The notes under the pieces were generated by a model. That model was not told the origin of the DNA. It was given only the letters and a program-made list of their open reading frames with translations, and ran no database searches. Position numbers and translations under genes: made by a program. Of a DNA stretch of 64,000 bases, positions 1 to 12,195 are shown piece after piece; the stretch's first letter is position 1, and each line of letters starts with the position of its first letter. Source of the stretch: Massalongia carnosa (Eukaryota); NCBI GenBank assembly GCA_965645245.1, contig OZ287085.1, positions 248,001 to 312,000 on the forward strand, in the 5' to 3' direction.

Positions 1-316
1 AGCAGTGTCTGATGTGTTGTGAGCGACGTCGGGAAGCTTGTCAGTCTGAGCACGCTTTTGACGGCTTGTTAAGAAATTGAATGGATTGGCTTTTCTAGAC
101 TTTGGCTGCTTGGCAGTATTTGGCCTCGAGACCCATGTGTAATGTGGATGAGCACCGAGACCTTGCACTGCAATAATGCTTAAACATCTGTCAGCGATGC
201 TGCTTGGGCTTCATGAAGAATCGCTTGTCTTACTCTACTTCGGGTTCGTTACTGTCTGGCTCGCCACTGACCCAAACATTAAGGCCGGAGGCCTTGACTG
301 TGTCTCTGTTGCACAT
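1..316 (-). CDS. 5' part of a SesB-like/PGAP1-like alpha/beta-hydrolase gene (a common NLR N-terminal effector); runs off the left edge
   Basis: ATG at 316; intron 179-233 (GTAAGA...GCTGAC...AG). The spliced product reads ...EPEVDIIAVQGLGAHPHYTW..., matching the VDIxxVHGLxG...TW N-terminal motif of fungal SesB-like hydrolases. Confidence 0.7.
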
Positions 317-825
317 AGTGTAGCGACCTAAAACATGGAAAGAATAAATGTGTGTTAGGTGGCCATCGGTATATGTATATCCGTGCCCCTCGTATCGGTC
401 TGTATCAAGCGAGGCATACCGAGCACGAATCACAGCCGCATCCCCTCAAAGTGGCTAAGCACATTTGAGATAACTATTAGAAGCACGAAAGTAGCCTTGT
501 GGATGAGCCTTGTGGAGTGGCGTCAACAGCTGGTGGTACTTGTAGGTGTAATCAGCGAACGCGATCCTGCCCCGTACCTGACGATTAACAGTTGACGGCA
601 TAATGTCTGCAGGGCTGAGCTAATACGCCTGAGGGCCAAGCGAGTATTCCAAAACCAACAGATCGGAAGAATATTCTTCCACTTAGTTAGTTGGACTACA
701 GTATGAGGGAACGGTGGGGTTGGGGGGTTGAAGGGATTGAGCTAATCGAGACGAGGTGGAAAGAGGGCAAGGGCTAGGTGTCGTTCCACGGGGTTAACCC
801 CGGGAGGGTACTCTCTCGAGGAATA

Positions 826-1249
826 TGTTGGTTAGATTGGGTTCTGGAATGATCAACCAGCTTTCTCTAAGACTCTCCACGCAGTAAATAAGGTGAGAGA
901 CAGACTGGAAATAGGCTTGAAGTGATAAACTATGTAATGACTGACTAGCTAATATACAGAGAGTAGATACAGCTATTATATAGAAGTTGAGACTACCTCA
1001 ATTCCTCCTATTTGCAATGACTCCTCCGAGCTCATCGTATTACCCGTGATTGGTAATGTCCAGCTTACTCTCTGACTCATATTGCCACATAGAAGTATCT
1101 CGATGATACTTAAGCTTTCATAGCTAAGCGCTTGATATTGAATGTGGCGTTGATACTAATCAACTGTGAGGCAACGGCACAGTTCAGGATAATATTACCC
1201 AATTAGGCATAGACTTAATGCTGTGGCGGATGAGGCGGATGAGGCGAAA
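826..1249. mobile_element. Solo LTR (TGTTG...CAACA family), truncated at its right end
   Basis: Starts TGTTGG and is nearly identical to 47831-48266. It lacks the final ~45 bp that end in CAACA in the second copy, and abuts the Tc1 TIR. Confidence 0.75.
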
Positions 1250-2577
1250 TCAAAAGTTTCCGACAGCCCCACCATCAACTTTTTACCCCCCCACTGCTTT
1301 GAATTATCAACTATCAAGTTGTTATTTTGATGTCTTGAAACTTCGTACGATGATTACATACATTATAGCAAGTACATTGGGCTGAGAAATATATTTTTAA
1401 TATTTCGTATACCATCCTTTTGACTGGATGTAAGCTTCAATCCTCCTTTCCATGCTGTCTACTAAACTCTTCAGCATTTCCTCATCTATCAAGGCCCATG
1501 CTTCTTCCAAAGCTTTCCAAAGTACCTCGCGGACCCTATCATCACCACCAGTCACCGAGTCGATGTCCGGATTGACCTGGTAGACGAGCTTTTTGAGCAC
1601 GTACCAAACGTGCTCGATGGGATTCAAATCAGGAGAATAAGGGGGCCAATCGATGACTATTATACCGTTTTCATCGAACAATTTCTTCACCTTTTTGGCA
1701 GTGTGAATGGGGGCATTATCCTGCATGAAAATGAGACCTGGTTCCCAAATTCCATGCAGATTATCGCTCAATAATTCCAAATATGAATTCGCGGAGTACC
1801 CCATCTTCTTTGCCTCGAAATCGCGGGCCAATTTGTAAAGATCCGACCTCCCCCCCCCCCAAAAAGCCCCCCATACCATGACCTTAACCTCTTTTCCTTT
1901 GCCGTACGGTTGTATCATAGGTTTTTTCCATTTTTCGTCCGGAAACCTGAACACCCATTGACGCTGTTTTCCCGACCCCTTTTCCACCGAGCACTCGTCT
2001 GACCATATTATTTTTGACCACTGCTCAAAATTCCACTCACGCCGAAGCAAGCACCAGTCCAGTCTCTTCTTTGCCACCTCGGGCGTCAATAAAGGTCGCT
2101 TTTTAGCCAGCCAGTTTGTTAGACCATAGTCTTTGAGCGTCCGATAGAGAGTGGATCGACTACATTGCACCTCAACCTCCGTACGCAGCTGCGCGTAGGT
2201 GATGCGTGGATTGATTCGCGCAAGTTTGATGATACGTCTTCGATCGCGGTTCGAAAGTATTCCAGGCCGACCCGATCGCGATTTGGACTTTTCGTTGTTG
2301 CGTTCTGGGTGCTTTTGAAGAGTGTAAATGACGGTGGTTCGAGGCACATTTAATGTCTTTGCAATTTCGGCCGGTGCATGCCCCAACGCCTGGGCTCCAA
2401 TAATCATACCTCTTTGACATTGATTCAATTCGGTATTACGAGGCTTATTACCAGAAATTGAAGTCAACGGAGTGCGTGGCATGGTGAAATGATGAGGTCA
2501 AAGTTGATGGGTTGGTAGGTTAAAACGCGAAATCACGAAAATCGCGGGTAGAGTCGGAAACTTTTGACACGGGACTG
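1250..2577 (-). mobile_element. Tc1/mariner DNA transposon with the outer left TIR deleted
   Basis: Right TIR ...GTCGGAAACTTTTGACACGGGACTG is followed by TA. Only the inner 15 bp of its reverse complement (TCAAAAGTTTCCGAC, 1250-1264) survive on the left. Confidence 0.8.
1397..2482 (-). CDS. Tc1-like transposase (DD34E)
   Basis: 361-aa intact ORF: N-terminal HTH, GRP motif, WSDE, QDNAPIH and WPPYSPDLNPIE, with 34 residues between the second D and E. Confidence 0.93.
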   Translation of the reverse strand: MPRTPLTSISGNKPRNTELNQCQRGMIIGAQALGHAPAEIAKTLNVPRTTVIYTLQKHPERNNEKSKSRSGRPGILSNRDRRRIIKLARINPRITYAQLRTEVEVQCSRSTLYRTLKDYGLTNWLAKKRPLLTPEVAKKRLDWCLLRREWNFEQWSKIIWSDECSVEKGSGKQRQWVFRFPDEKWKKPMIQPYGKGKEVKVMVWGAFWGGGRSDLYKLARDFEAKKMGYSANSYLELLSDNLHGIWEPGLIFMQDNAPIHTAKKVKKLFDENGIIVIDWPPYSPDLNPIEHVWYVLKKLVYQVNPDIDSVTGGDDRVREVLWKALEEAWALIDEEMLKSLVDSMERRIEAYIQSKGWYTKY

Positions 2578-2871
2578 TAAATAGAGGAATTTCGGAAAGT
2601 TGACAGAGACATGTCGGATACAGTCTGCGTTGTTGGTATGAAACTGTCGAAGATGAACGGAAGGATGAGATGTAGGATAAGATAGGATGAGGGGTGATTG
2701 ATATAAGTGCGGTAAAATATCGCAGCAGCAACCATTCCTATTTTAGTCTTGCTCACCCTAGTAGCCTGAGGCACAAGCCGAGGACCATCATCTCCCACGC
2801 GAGGTCACCTCCCTTAACACTAAGTAATCTAACAACCAAACTCAGGCGAACGAAGCATACCAGCCTCAGTC

Positions 2872-3879
2872 ATGGCATGCGCTGACCCCTTCCTCCAACT
2901 TGACGATCAGAGCTTTGCTCTGCAGCTTCAACTCGAAGAGATCGAAGCTCAGCGCGAGCTTCAATCCGGCAAATGGACTGAAGATAGTCCTCCGGATTTT
3001 ACATTAGCATTCGATGACTTCGAGGCCGAGCTGAAGAAGGCGATTGTTCTGGTCGAGGATCTAAAGTTCGCTCCTGTCTTTGAGCACTTGCCCCAGTTCT
3101 TAGTTCAATGTAGTGTCAGTGGAGAGTCCGGTCATCCTTATTTCACTATGCGTTTGGTATGCAGTGATATATATTGCAAGCCATGCCTCAAGTCCTTCTT
3201 CATGCGTGTTGTCAAGGACAAAAGCCTTTTCCCACCAAAATGTCACGGCCAACCGATTGACATCTCGACCATCGAAGCAGATTTCTCAGTCGAAGTGTTG
3301 ACTGCCTATCGAAGTGCTGAGCTGGAATTTACCAGCACCGATAGAGTCTACTGCGCTGACCCGGAGTACGCCAAGTTTATTCCCATGCCGCAACGAACCC
3401 ACGATTATGCCTCCTGTGAGACCTGTAGTGTTGGAACTTGTATGCACTGCAAAGCACTAGCACATGATAGGGGTTGTCCAGCAGATGAATCAAGGCAGAG
3501 CCTCATCAATTTCGCGGATGAGCAAGGCTGGAAACCTTGTTTTGGATGCGGCTAGATAGTGTTTCGGTATGAGGGCTGTGATCACATGACGTGAGTGATA
3601 CCTACTGCTACCCGTTGTGCAAGTAAGAACTGATCAAATTACAGCTGTAGATGCAGTGCCGAGTTCTGCTACAGATGTGGTGTAAAGTGGAAGGAATGCC
3701 TATGTGGCGACTGGGTGCTGGAACTACTCAATCGAAGAGCTCAGCTGATTGTTGAAATAGATGCTCTTGATAACCCTTTTGTTGGTTCTGTTACTGCTGC
3801 CGGTGTGGCTTATGATGGTGATCTCGTGATATTGACCCTCCTGCTGCTGCTGCTGAGGGTGATGGTGGATCATAGATGA
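2872..3879 (+). pseudogene. RBR/IBR (ariadne-like) E3 ubiquitin ligase, disrupted
   Basis: Degenerate RING1 (YCKPCL...FPPKCH), IBR (RVYC...CxxC...CxxC...H...CP) and RING2 WKPCFGCG*...EGCDHMT|CRCSAEFCYRC across intron 3591-3644. In-frame TAG at 3553-3555. Confidence 0.8.
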
Positions 3880-5996
3880 TTATAGCATCCGGTCCGATAA
3901 CTCCTGCACATCTTAGATCTGATTGCGCCTAGTGTTACTTTTGTCATCCATTCATGCAGCACGTATCAAAGGAATGGGTCTGCGGATGCTGTCTAGGGTG
4001 CAGTAGTTCAACTCACTGCTTCAAAAACCCGACTCGGATGGATCGCAGGCCCCAACACCAGGCTTTCTTCGAGAGAGCTTCCCTGGCACAGCTCGACAGG
4101 ACGATAAAGTTCCCAGACGGAACGTGCAACAGCAATGAGTACACTACTGGCTTTCTAGCATACCTTACACGTTCATATGTACAATCGTATCCGGACGAAG
4201 GGTCTTAGCAATCACGAGGCAGGGAGTACATCCGAAGCGTCTCCTTCGGATTCCATGACCAGCTCTCACCTGAAGCTCAGACAAAGATTCTGTGATCGCT
4301 TCGATCCCCGTGTGCTCCTCTGCATGGACGTGTTCATCGACTGATCGATTATCTCCTTGCTCGAGGTCGACATGCGCAAAAGCTCCTCCCCAGTCCGCCG
4401 GTGCCAGCCCCTCGTCGTATCCTTCTGTCGTCCGATCGATCTTTTTGGGGCGGGCTTGGAGACTCGTGATGAGTGAACGGGACGGAGACGAGCGCGAATT
4501 CCATCCTTGACCGGGACCGCCGCGTCGCTTTTGGGCTCAGCAGTGTTGAAGTCGACGTTCGTCTTTTCCGCCGCCCGCGAGGTATCGCGCGGAACGCTCG
4601 TCCTTCGGCGACCCTTCCGTTTTTACTTCGGAGTCTTGGTAACCTTGGCTGGTTCGACCGGGTCGAGGATCGACTTCGCCGTCGACGGTTTCTGTGAACG
4701 AGCGCGTTTTTTCGCAGTGTGGTCGACACTAGATGCTTCTATGCCAGGGGAACTCGGGAGAGTTCTGGAGCCGACTCTCATCGACCGCCGTGGGCTAATT
4801 TTTTTGGCCCATACTGGCGCCGTTGCCGATCAGCTCTCGACGCTACCGCTCGACCCAGTCCAGCAGAACGTTGTGCCGTTTTATTTTCCCTTTTAAGCTT
4901 GTAATTGAATATAAACTACTAATCACATCCGTTTTGCAGAAAATATATGGGACTCTATCAACGGAGAGTGAGTTCTAACAACTAATTTTTCCGTTGAAAC
5001 AGTACTTCTCTTTTTGCTGAAACCTTTTCACTTGTCGCTGCCAGAACTCTACCCACCTTTTAGCATTGTCGACCTTCATTTGTTGGTACGCCAGATATTC
5101 CTTCCCGAGGTTTAATTTAGCCGAGCTTTCTGTAGATTGTTGCTCCTGCAGCTGAGATTCCTTGTTCTTGTCAAATTCTTTCTTTGGCAGATATTCTCAA
5201 AACTTCTTCCATTCTGTCAACTAGTCCTCAAACTGAGAATACTCATCCTCCCACGAAAAAGTACAAGTAGAAAATCTGCTTGATCGCCTTCTTCGATATC
5301 AGGTACCGGTCGAATCGGAGGAGTCGGCCTCCCACCCGTACTTATCAAAGTTGCATAACATAGATAAGGATCTTCGGTATAAAGAGCACCGGTCGTTATG
5401 AGTAATGGCTCAACGGAACTTTAGCAGCATCGTTGGCTTAGGACCTCAAAGGTTGAGCAGGAAGGCACGGTTTCTTAATCCACTTCGCTACCTAAGCTCA
5501 AGTCATTGCCAGAAGGGCCAATAGAACTGCATTGGATGGAAACTATTTGCTGTTTCCAACGAATATAGAATTTCGTTCGAGGGTCATTTCTGACCTTTTT
5601 AACCTCTTCCTCGGCATCTTGTCGAATGTTCTCCAGCGATATCAGGTTTTCGCTTTTGCCCCTAAGCCTTGACTGCTCTACAAGACTCAGCAATCCAACA
5701 CGCACCCATGATGTAGCGCACTTCATATCATTAAGGTTTTGTGGAACGCTAAAAGATACAACGGCGTACAATTCGTGAAATTCGATAGTGAAGGACTTTT
5801 CACTTCCTGCTAGTCGTCCCCATATATGCTTGCCACAAATCAATTTTTTATACTGCAGCAATTCTGTTGAGTTTCGAATTGGAGTCAATGGGGATGTTGG
5901 AGCTAGAATAGTAGAAGAGGATGACGGTGAATTAGTTGGCTTCTATATTTCAAACTGGCTATCAGCAACTTTGTTGAGGGCTCGAAAGTTGACAGA

Positions 5997-7512
5997 TCAA
6001 GGCTGACTTATAGGTGGATTAGGATCTAGCTTTGAGCCTACTATAGAAGAGACGAGGCCATATTGTGCTGGAGATGGGCCGACACAGGGGCCACTATCAA
6101 TAACAGAGCTCGACCACTGGGCAGATAAGCCGACAGCGCTCTCAAATGGATCAGGCAGGCGCTTAATACTCTTCAGGGCCAATCCAATTTCCGAATCTAG
6201 GATCGTACTAAATTGCTCTACAGTATTTCTCAGAGGGCGAACCCGGTTTGAGGGAATATTATCTAGCCAATCGGGCAAGATCCATCTCTCATTGAATTTT
6301 CCAAAAGTTCCTGGTGTTTGGAATTCACCTTGGACTCTGATGAAAAGATCGCACAAGTAACAGGCACTCTTACTGGCACATATCACCCTCGGTCTTACAT
6401 TTTCTGGATGTGTTTCGTAGAAAAACAGAAGCTTGATTTCGGCATGCACTTTGATATCAGACCTGGAGTTGTTTAGGCGGCGAAGGATGCTAGCATCGGC
6501 GAAATGATCCGAGTCGTGAAACCGTCCTAATACTTTGAAAGTGTCTGACGAATTGAGCAGATGATTGATCAAAGGGAGTGCAGATCCCGGCTCAGATTGT
6601 TTTTTTATGTTATCTGGAACGCTGGTCTGAAATCCCTTCACGCGAATTCTTTGGAAAATTCGACATCTCCTACGTCTTGCTGCCAACACAAGCTCTGAGC
6701 TCGCCTTGTAATATTGGTCAAGCTTAGTTATTGCATCTTCAAGAGAGGCTAGATGCTTAGAGTCAAGTTTTGAGGACTTGCTTAGCGCAACTGTGAAGTC
6801 AGGCGACTGGTTCAAATTATGAGCTAGCGTAACTGTTTGCTCCGTTAACTCATAAGTCGCAGGATTCCGCTGAGGCAATGGTGAGCTTTTTAGTCGCTGA
6901 AAGAGCTCCAGTAGAGCCTTGGACTTTGCTTGGAGAGCTTCTGTCCTTTGACTTTCAACGCCCAAAATGAAACTGTCATGGAGGACTCGATATAGTAACA
7001 TGATGTGAGACGCTACAATATTGTATCTCGTGCCCAATTGCAGGCGCTTGAAAATACGGGGAAAGTCTCCTGTGACGACCAGCTGAAGCAACATTTTTAT
7101 GTCTTTTGCCTCTGATTGCTCTGTTAGAGGTTAATTATATGTATAGATCGACAGACTACGCCTTACCCTGTCGTGAAGCCTGCTCTAGTATTCTACTTAT
7201 CTGTACTAATCCGTCCTTGATGTGCGATATATCCTTATCACCGCCGTTAACAGCCATGCGAATGACCATTCCTTGACCATCATGATCCTCTTCGATGCCT
7301 ATTGCGACCACCCTCTTAGAGTTCTTAGAGCGAGAGGAGAGAAACGCCAAGTTGCTGATGATCTCTCGCTCTTGCTCGATGGTCAGACTAGATCTCCAAC
7401 CCGATGGCGAGACTAATGTATGCTGCTTGGGACTATCCCGGACAGACTCCAGCATAGCGAGAAGACTGATCTTCTGTAGCAAATGTTCCCTAGTAACACT
7501 ACTACCCCACAT
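5997..7512 (-). CDS. OTT_1508-like nucleic-acid deaminase (two exons; C-terminal tail apparently cut by stops)
   Basis: Intron 7121-7166 joins the two ORFs in frame. Zn-deaminase motifs KVHAEIKLL and ICASKSACYLC; N-terminal LAFLS...VVAIGIEE...IRMAVN segment typical of the fungal members. Confidence 0.8.
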
Positions 7513-8660
7513 TCTGACGGGGATATAATTTGCTTTGATTAAGTCCTCGCACTGTCACGATCAAAGGTAGAGGGTTACCCCACATTTTGTGGCTTGGCGT
7601 TAAGACAGAAAGACGATGAACTATGTTAGTAGTAGGCAATGCATGGGTCTGGATCATACTGTGTGGTGAAAGTGGCTGTGCCATAAATTAGCGGCGGCAA
7701 TACGGAGTACTGTTTACTAATGCACGTGTCATGCAAATCATATAATCGTTCGCAATTCAAAGACCGAAGGGCAAATATGCTCAAATTCTACTTTCAAACA
7801 AAATAATAAGGATTGTTTAGAGCTTCAGACTTTCCTGTTTACTAGATATCTCTCAGGGCGCCTCTCACGTGAGGTATAGATATACAACATTCATTGAGTA
7901 AACCCCCGTTTATTTACTGTTGTGTTCGCAGCAGCAGAGTCAGCAAGAGAATTGGGTCGAGTATCAGAACTACCATCTCAAACGTCTTGAACGGTTGAAG
8001 AAGAAGCGAGGCGGCCTGACAAATGAGTTATTTGCCGGGACGGTTAAATGCATAGCCGCAGATTGAGTCCGATGTTAGTCCAGAAGAGCCGATCCAGACG
8101 ACAAGAAGTCCAGTTGACTTTGCAGGCTTTGACACCGCATGCGAGATAGATGCGGAAGGAACATGACGAGGCTAACATGAACAAATGAGAGCGAGAATCA
8201 AAACTTTGATCACGATCACCCATTGCCGTCGTGAAATTCGTAAAGATTTGGGTTAAAGGGAGAAAGCTGAGCTTGATAAGAAAAATCCTAAATGCAGCTC
8301 TTAGACGTTAACATAGGAAATAAATATCTGAAGGAGCGAAGTACAATCCAATAGACCTGACCTAGTCAATGAATCCATGTGCCAATGGAATCGGTAACTT
8401 CGAGGATCTGTCATTAAATTGACGCCAACTTGATGCACGAAGTCCCTGACCAAGTGGCTGTCTCAGACGTGCGGTTACAAACCTCTCTGATAGGCCATAG
8501 GCCTAACAGTGGCGATCGAGCGCAGCAACACAGCACGATATTGGTGTCTGGCGAGAATGATAGACTGATGTTTTGGTGGTGTTCCCATGCTGGAAAGACA
8601 AACAACTACAAGATAAGCAGCACCCCAAACTTTATTGGTCTCTTACCTAGCCTGCCCATC

Positions 8661-9660
8661 ATGACGAATAGCCACCTGTCTCTAGAATACGTCCTTGGAC
8701 CCAGAGCTAAGGAGAAACCAGGTCAAGAATGGGTGACATGGGCTTTTCAGCAGGGCGTCAGGTTCCCCTTTGAGGATGCAAAGATTTTCTCAGACATGAT
8801 AGCTGGGAATAATATCCAAACATCGTTTGAATGTGGATTTGCTCCGTTCAGTGATGCAAAACTGTGCCAGTATTCAACACCTTTGATGGCTCGGGAGAAG
8901 CGCATGATCATCAATTCGATGCCTATTCTCTATCGCAACAACAACGTTCAGGATCATAAATATGAGGCCAAACCCTATATGAGACCTGGGAATATCAGCA
9001 TCAACGCTATGATTTCCATCTACTCAATCATAAGATGGCAGTAAAGCGGGCCGTCATACGCTTCTACTGTCGGCTGCTTGCCGCGACACAGGGAATCAGC
9101 CTTTCCTTGGAATTCTCATCCCTTTCTTTTACGGAGTTCACGGACATCTTGAACATCGTCAGCGTCACAAGTGAAGGAGTGAACGACGTTTGTGATCTTC
9201 ACGATTATTCCGAGTGGCAGTCAACGAATGGATTTTTCGACTCTCGACAATTTCCAGATTCCATACCGTCTGGACTATCTGTCGGCGACCTCGAACGGCG
9301 ACCCTTTGAGAACTGATGCCTTCCAACATCAAGCGATTCCCGGTGCTGGTCATCGTTACTTTCACGAATGAGCGTCTTCCCAAAACCTCGTCCATCATGA
9401 CACGAGTTCCGGCACGGATGACCCAACGCCGAACACTCATCAGTCAGATTCATCAAGCGATCGGACAGCGTGCTTCACAAGGACAACTATCATGAAGAGC
9501 AAGGTTGAGTGCCCTCAGCTCGTCAAGGGTTCCCTCTGCTGCGGAGGACCCGCTTTCCTCTCTCGTGGAATATCATTCACACTGAGCGAGGCGAGTAGCG
9601 TGAGCATCAGATATGTGGATGACTTCCACATGCGTTTTCTCAAGCTCGCTTACTAACTGC
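8661..9660 (+). pseudogene. Frameshifted hypothetical gene of unknown family
   Basis: Consecutive plus-strand ORFs (8430-9044, 9035-9316) with protein-like composition in shifting frames; no recognised motif. Confidence 0.3.
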
Positions 9661-10011
9661 ATTTTGACACACCCCTTCGAGCGAAGACACTGGCCATCGC
9701 TTCAAAATTGAGGTGAGTTGATCGAGGCACCTCTGTAATCGTAGCACCTCTTAAATGTGTATGTAGTTTCTTCCTTGATGATGATGTCCTGCTTCGTAGT
9801 CTCACTAAACTCACAATCATCTTTTTAGCTCGTATGCCTCGTATAGATGAATGAGAAGAATACTATAAACGCGTACCTACAGTATATAGAGCTTTTTTTC
9901 TACTAGCCTATACGAAGGGCTTTGACTGAATGTATAGCCAAAAAAATCCCCCTCAATGGGGTCAAAGGTGTAGCTGCTTTGTTTGGATGCTAAGCCAAAG
10001 AAGTAACCCTA

Positions 10012-10875
10012 AGATTTGGGGACACCGAATCGAACGCCTTCAATTTTTTTTGGCAGTCCAAAGTGGAGGTTGATGTGGCTATCTTGCCACTTGCAGTCAT
10101 ACCGTTGCCAAATTTCAAGTAAAAAGTCGCCGATGGGCTCAGATTCCTCCACTTGTGAATAGCGCCATAGTCAGAACAGTGATTCGCATCATGCTGACAG
10201 AAACTATCTTGTGTTATTTGGATAATAGTATCGCTGCTCCTATTGTCTACCACAAATCGGAGAGTTGTATCACCCACATTCATCTGCATGATATATACAC
10301 TATTCTTTATCACTCGAATTAGCGACCATTTACAGTATTCGAAAATAAAAGTCGTACAGCGTTCTGCAGGACTTGACCCAGTAGTCTTGTACTTCGTTTT
10401 TACTTGAGGGATATGGATTGAGGTAACGCTCTAGTGTCTGCTGAGAATGCTTCTGGAAAATTTCTGAAGATAAGATGTAGAAGGCATCTGCGTAGCCTAT
10501 CGCAAGGGCGATTGCACAAGCAATACAAAGGAAGAACTACATAAGAAAAGCAACAGAAAGCTGAATGAGATCGTGGCTCTGTCCGAACGAGAATCCAAAC
10601 ATCCATCTCTTAAGTCTATCCATGAACTCATAGCCCTGCACCTCAAAGATTCCGTTCAGCCCAGTCGATACTAAGCCAATAAACAGAGAATCCAAATCTG
10701 CCTTTAAACAGTGGCAGGCCCGTCTAGATGAACGGAATTTAGAGAAGGAAACATTCGGAGTTGCGGGATCTCGTCATACTTCGCACATATTTTGAAACGT
10801 TTTATGTCTTCTGCAAGTCAAGCAGAATGAGTTTCCTATCCGCAGAACATTAGATCAAAGGAAACATGGCCTGCC
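10012..10875 (-). pseudogene. Truncated inverted duplicate of the aspartic protease pseudogene 5' region
   Basis: Reverse complement aligns with ~22582-23490 (MDVWILVRTEPR..., YIMQMNVGDTTLRFVVD). The catalytic DTG has become DNR. Confidence 0.85.
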
Positions 10876-10880
10876 AAATA

Positions 10881-11438
10881 CGGCGGACGGTAGTACCAAA
10901 CCGCCATAACAAAAATTTGGATTTCGAGCCGCGACATGCGACTGACATGAACGCAAATTTATAATTCCGCATTCTCTTCTCTTCTCATTTCTTCCTTTCT
11001 GTTAAATAAGTCAGTGTAACTCAGCGATGCGCTGTCGTTAAATCTCGAAAAAATTGAGCGCCAACACTGTCTTCTGCAGAAGATGACGAGGCGATTGTCT
11101 CAATTGTACGAGGCTCTGACGCAGACGCAGACCACCCAGATCATAATTTGTTCACCATGCAGACCACCTTTTGACCACGATGCGGACCACCATCCATACC
11201 ATCATTTGTCCACCACTCAGACCATCATTTGTCCACTATGCAGACCACCGTTTGACCACCATTCAGACCACCGTTTGACCATCACTCAGACCATCATTTG
11301 TCCATCATTCAGACCATCTTTTGACCATCCAGACCTTCAAATCAAAGAAGCTTGAAGGCATTTCTATGTTGAAAGGTGCAGGTCGTCATTGAAAAGTTCA
11401 AATTTTCGTTATGGCGGTTTGGTACTTACCGTCCGCCG
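10881..11438. mobile_element. MITE (Tc1/mariner-pogo superfamily)
   Basis: ~40-bp TIRs CGGCGGACGGTA(A)GTACCAAACCGCCATAAC, TA on both sides, and internal degenerate GACCAC/TTTGACCA tandem repeats at 11130-11335. Confidence 0.85.
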
Positions 11439-11440
11439 TA

Positions 11441-12195
11441 CCTAACATACGGGTCAACCGTATGGCACATGCCTAAAGAAGTCAAAAAGTGCAAAACGTC
11501 AACGAGTAAGCTTTCCGTCATACAAAACAACTGTCTCCGCACCATAGCCGGTGCCTTCAAAGCCACCCCTATCCCTGTTCTAGAAGCAGAGACATTCATA
11601 GCAACACACCTGGGCCAAAAGCCTACTAACCGACTCAAAAATAGTATCCACCAGTAGCACACCCGCCATGGTCCGTAGCCCTTCCAGCGTGGCACCGCGG
11701 GGCTGCCGTCGCCGCTACGGCCCGTCAAAAACAGATGCAGACAATTAAAGCACGACAAATGAAAGTCTGGAACGACTCGTGGCGAGCCTATCAAAATCGT
11801 GTCATCGAACCCTCCATAGCGCAATCAGTCCCACTGAGCAAAAAACGACTGAAAATACACACGCAGCTAAAAAAGGCAGAAAGCTCACTAACAACACAAA
11901 TCCGCACTGGCAAAACGGCTTAGCTGACTTCCTCTACAAGCGACGGGTTCCCTCCGTTACCTAACCGGCCTGCCCATGTGGCTGGCATAGACAAATTCCA
12001 GAACATGTAATCATGTTCTGCAGACTTATAGACAATAGAGACAGATGTTTCGCGCCGCCGGCACGAACAGTTATCAACAGCTGACCGAATCATCAAAAAC
12101 TCTAAAGATACTAATCACTTGGCTAATGAAAACAGGTTTATTGATTCAATTTTCACTAGCATCAACAATATTGTACAATCAACAATACGTCTGAC
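11441..12195 (+). mobile_element. Degenerate 3' fragment of a Tad1-like LINE ORF2
   Basis: LTYGSTVWH...LRTIAGAFKATP...QIRTGK...CPCG...HVIMFC, with stops and frameshifts; parallels the post-RT and CCHC region of the LINE at 51572-55426. Confidence 0.8.

Noticed and set aside
3954..4904. Overlapping Arg-rich ORFs on both strands
   Set aside because: GC-rich stretch with no recognisable domain or consistent frame; left unassigned.
11083..11355. His/Cys-rich repeat ORF resembling a metal-binding protein
   Set aside because: It lies wholly within a MITE and results from translating its internal tandem repeats.
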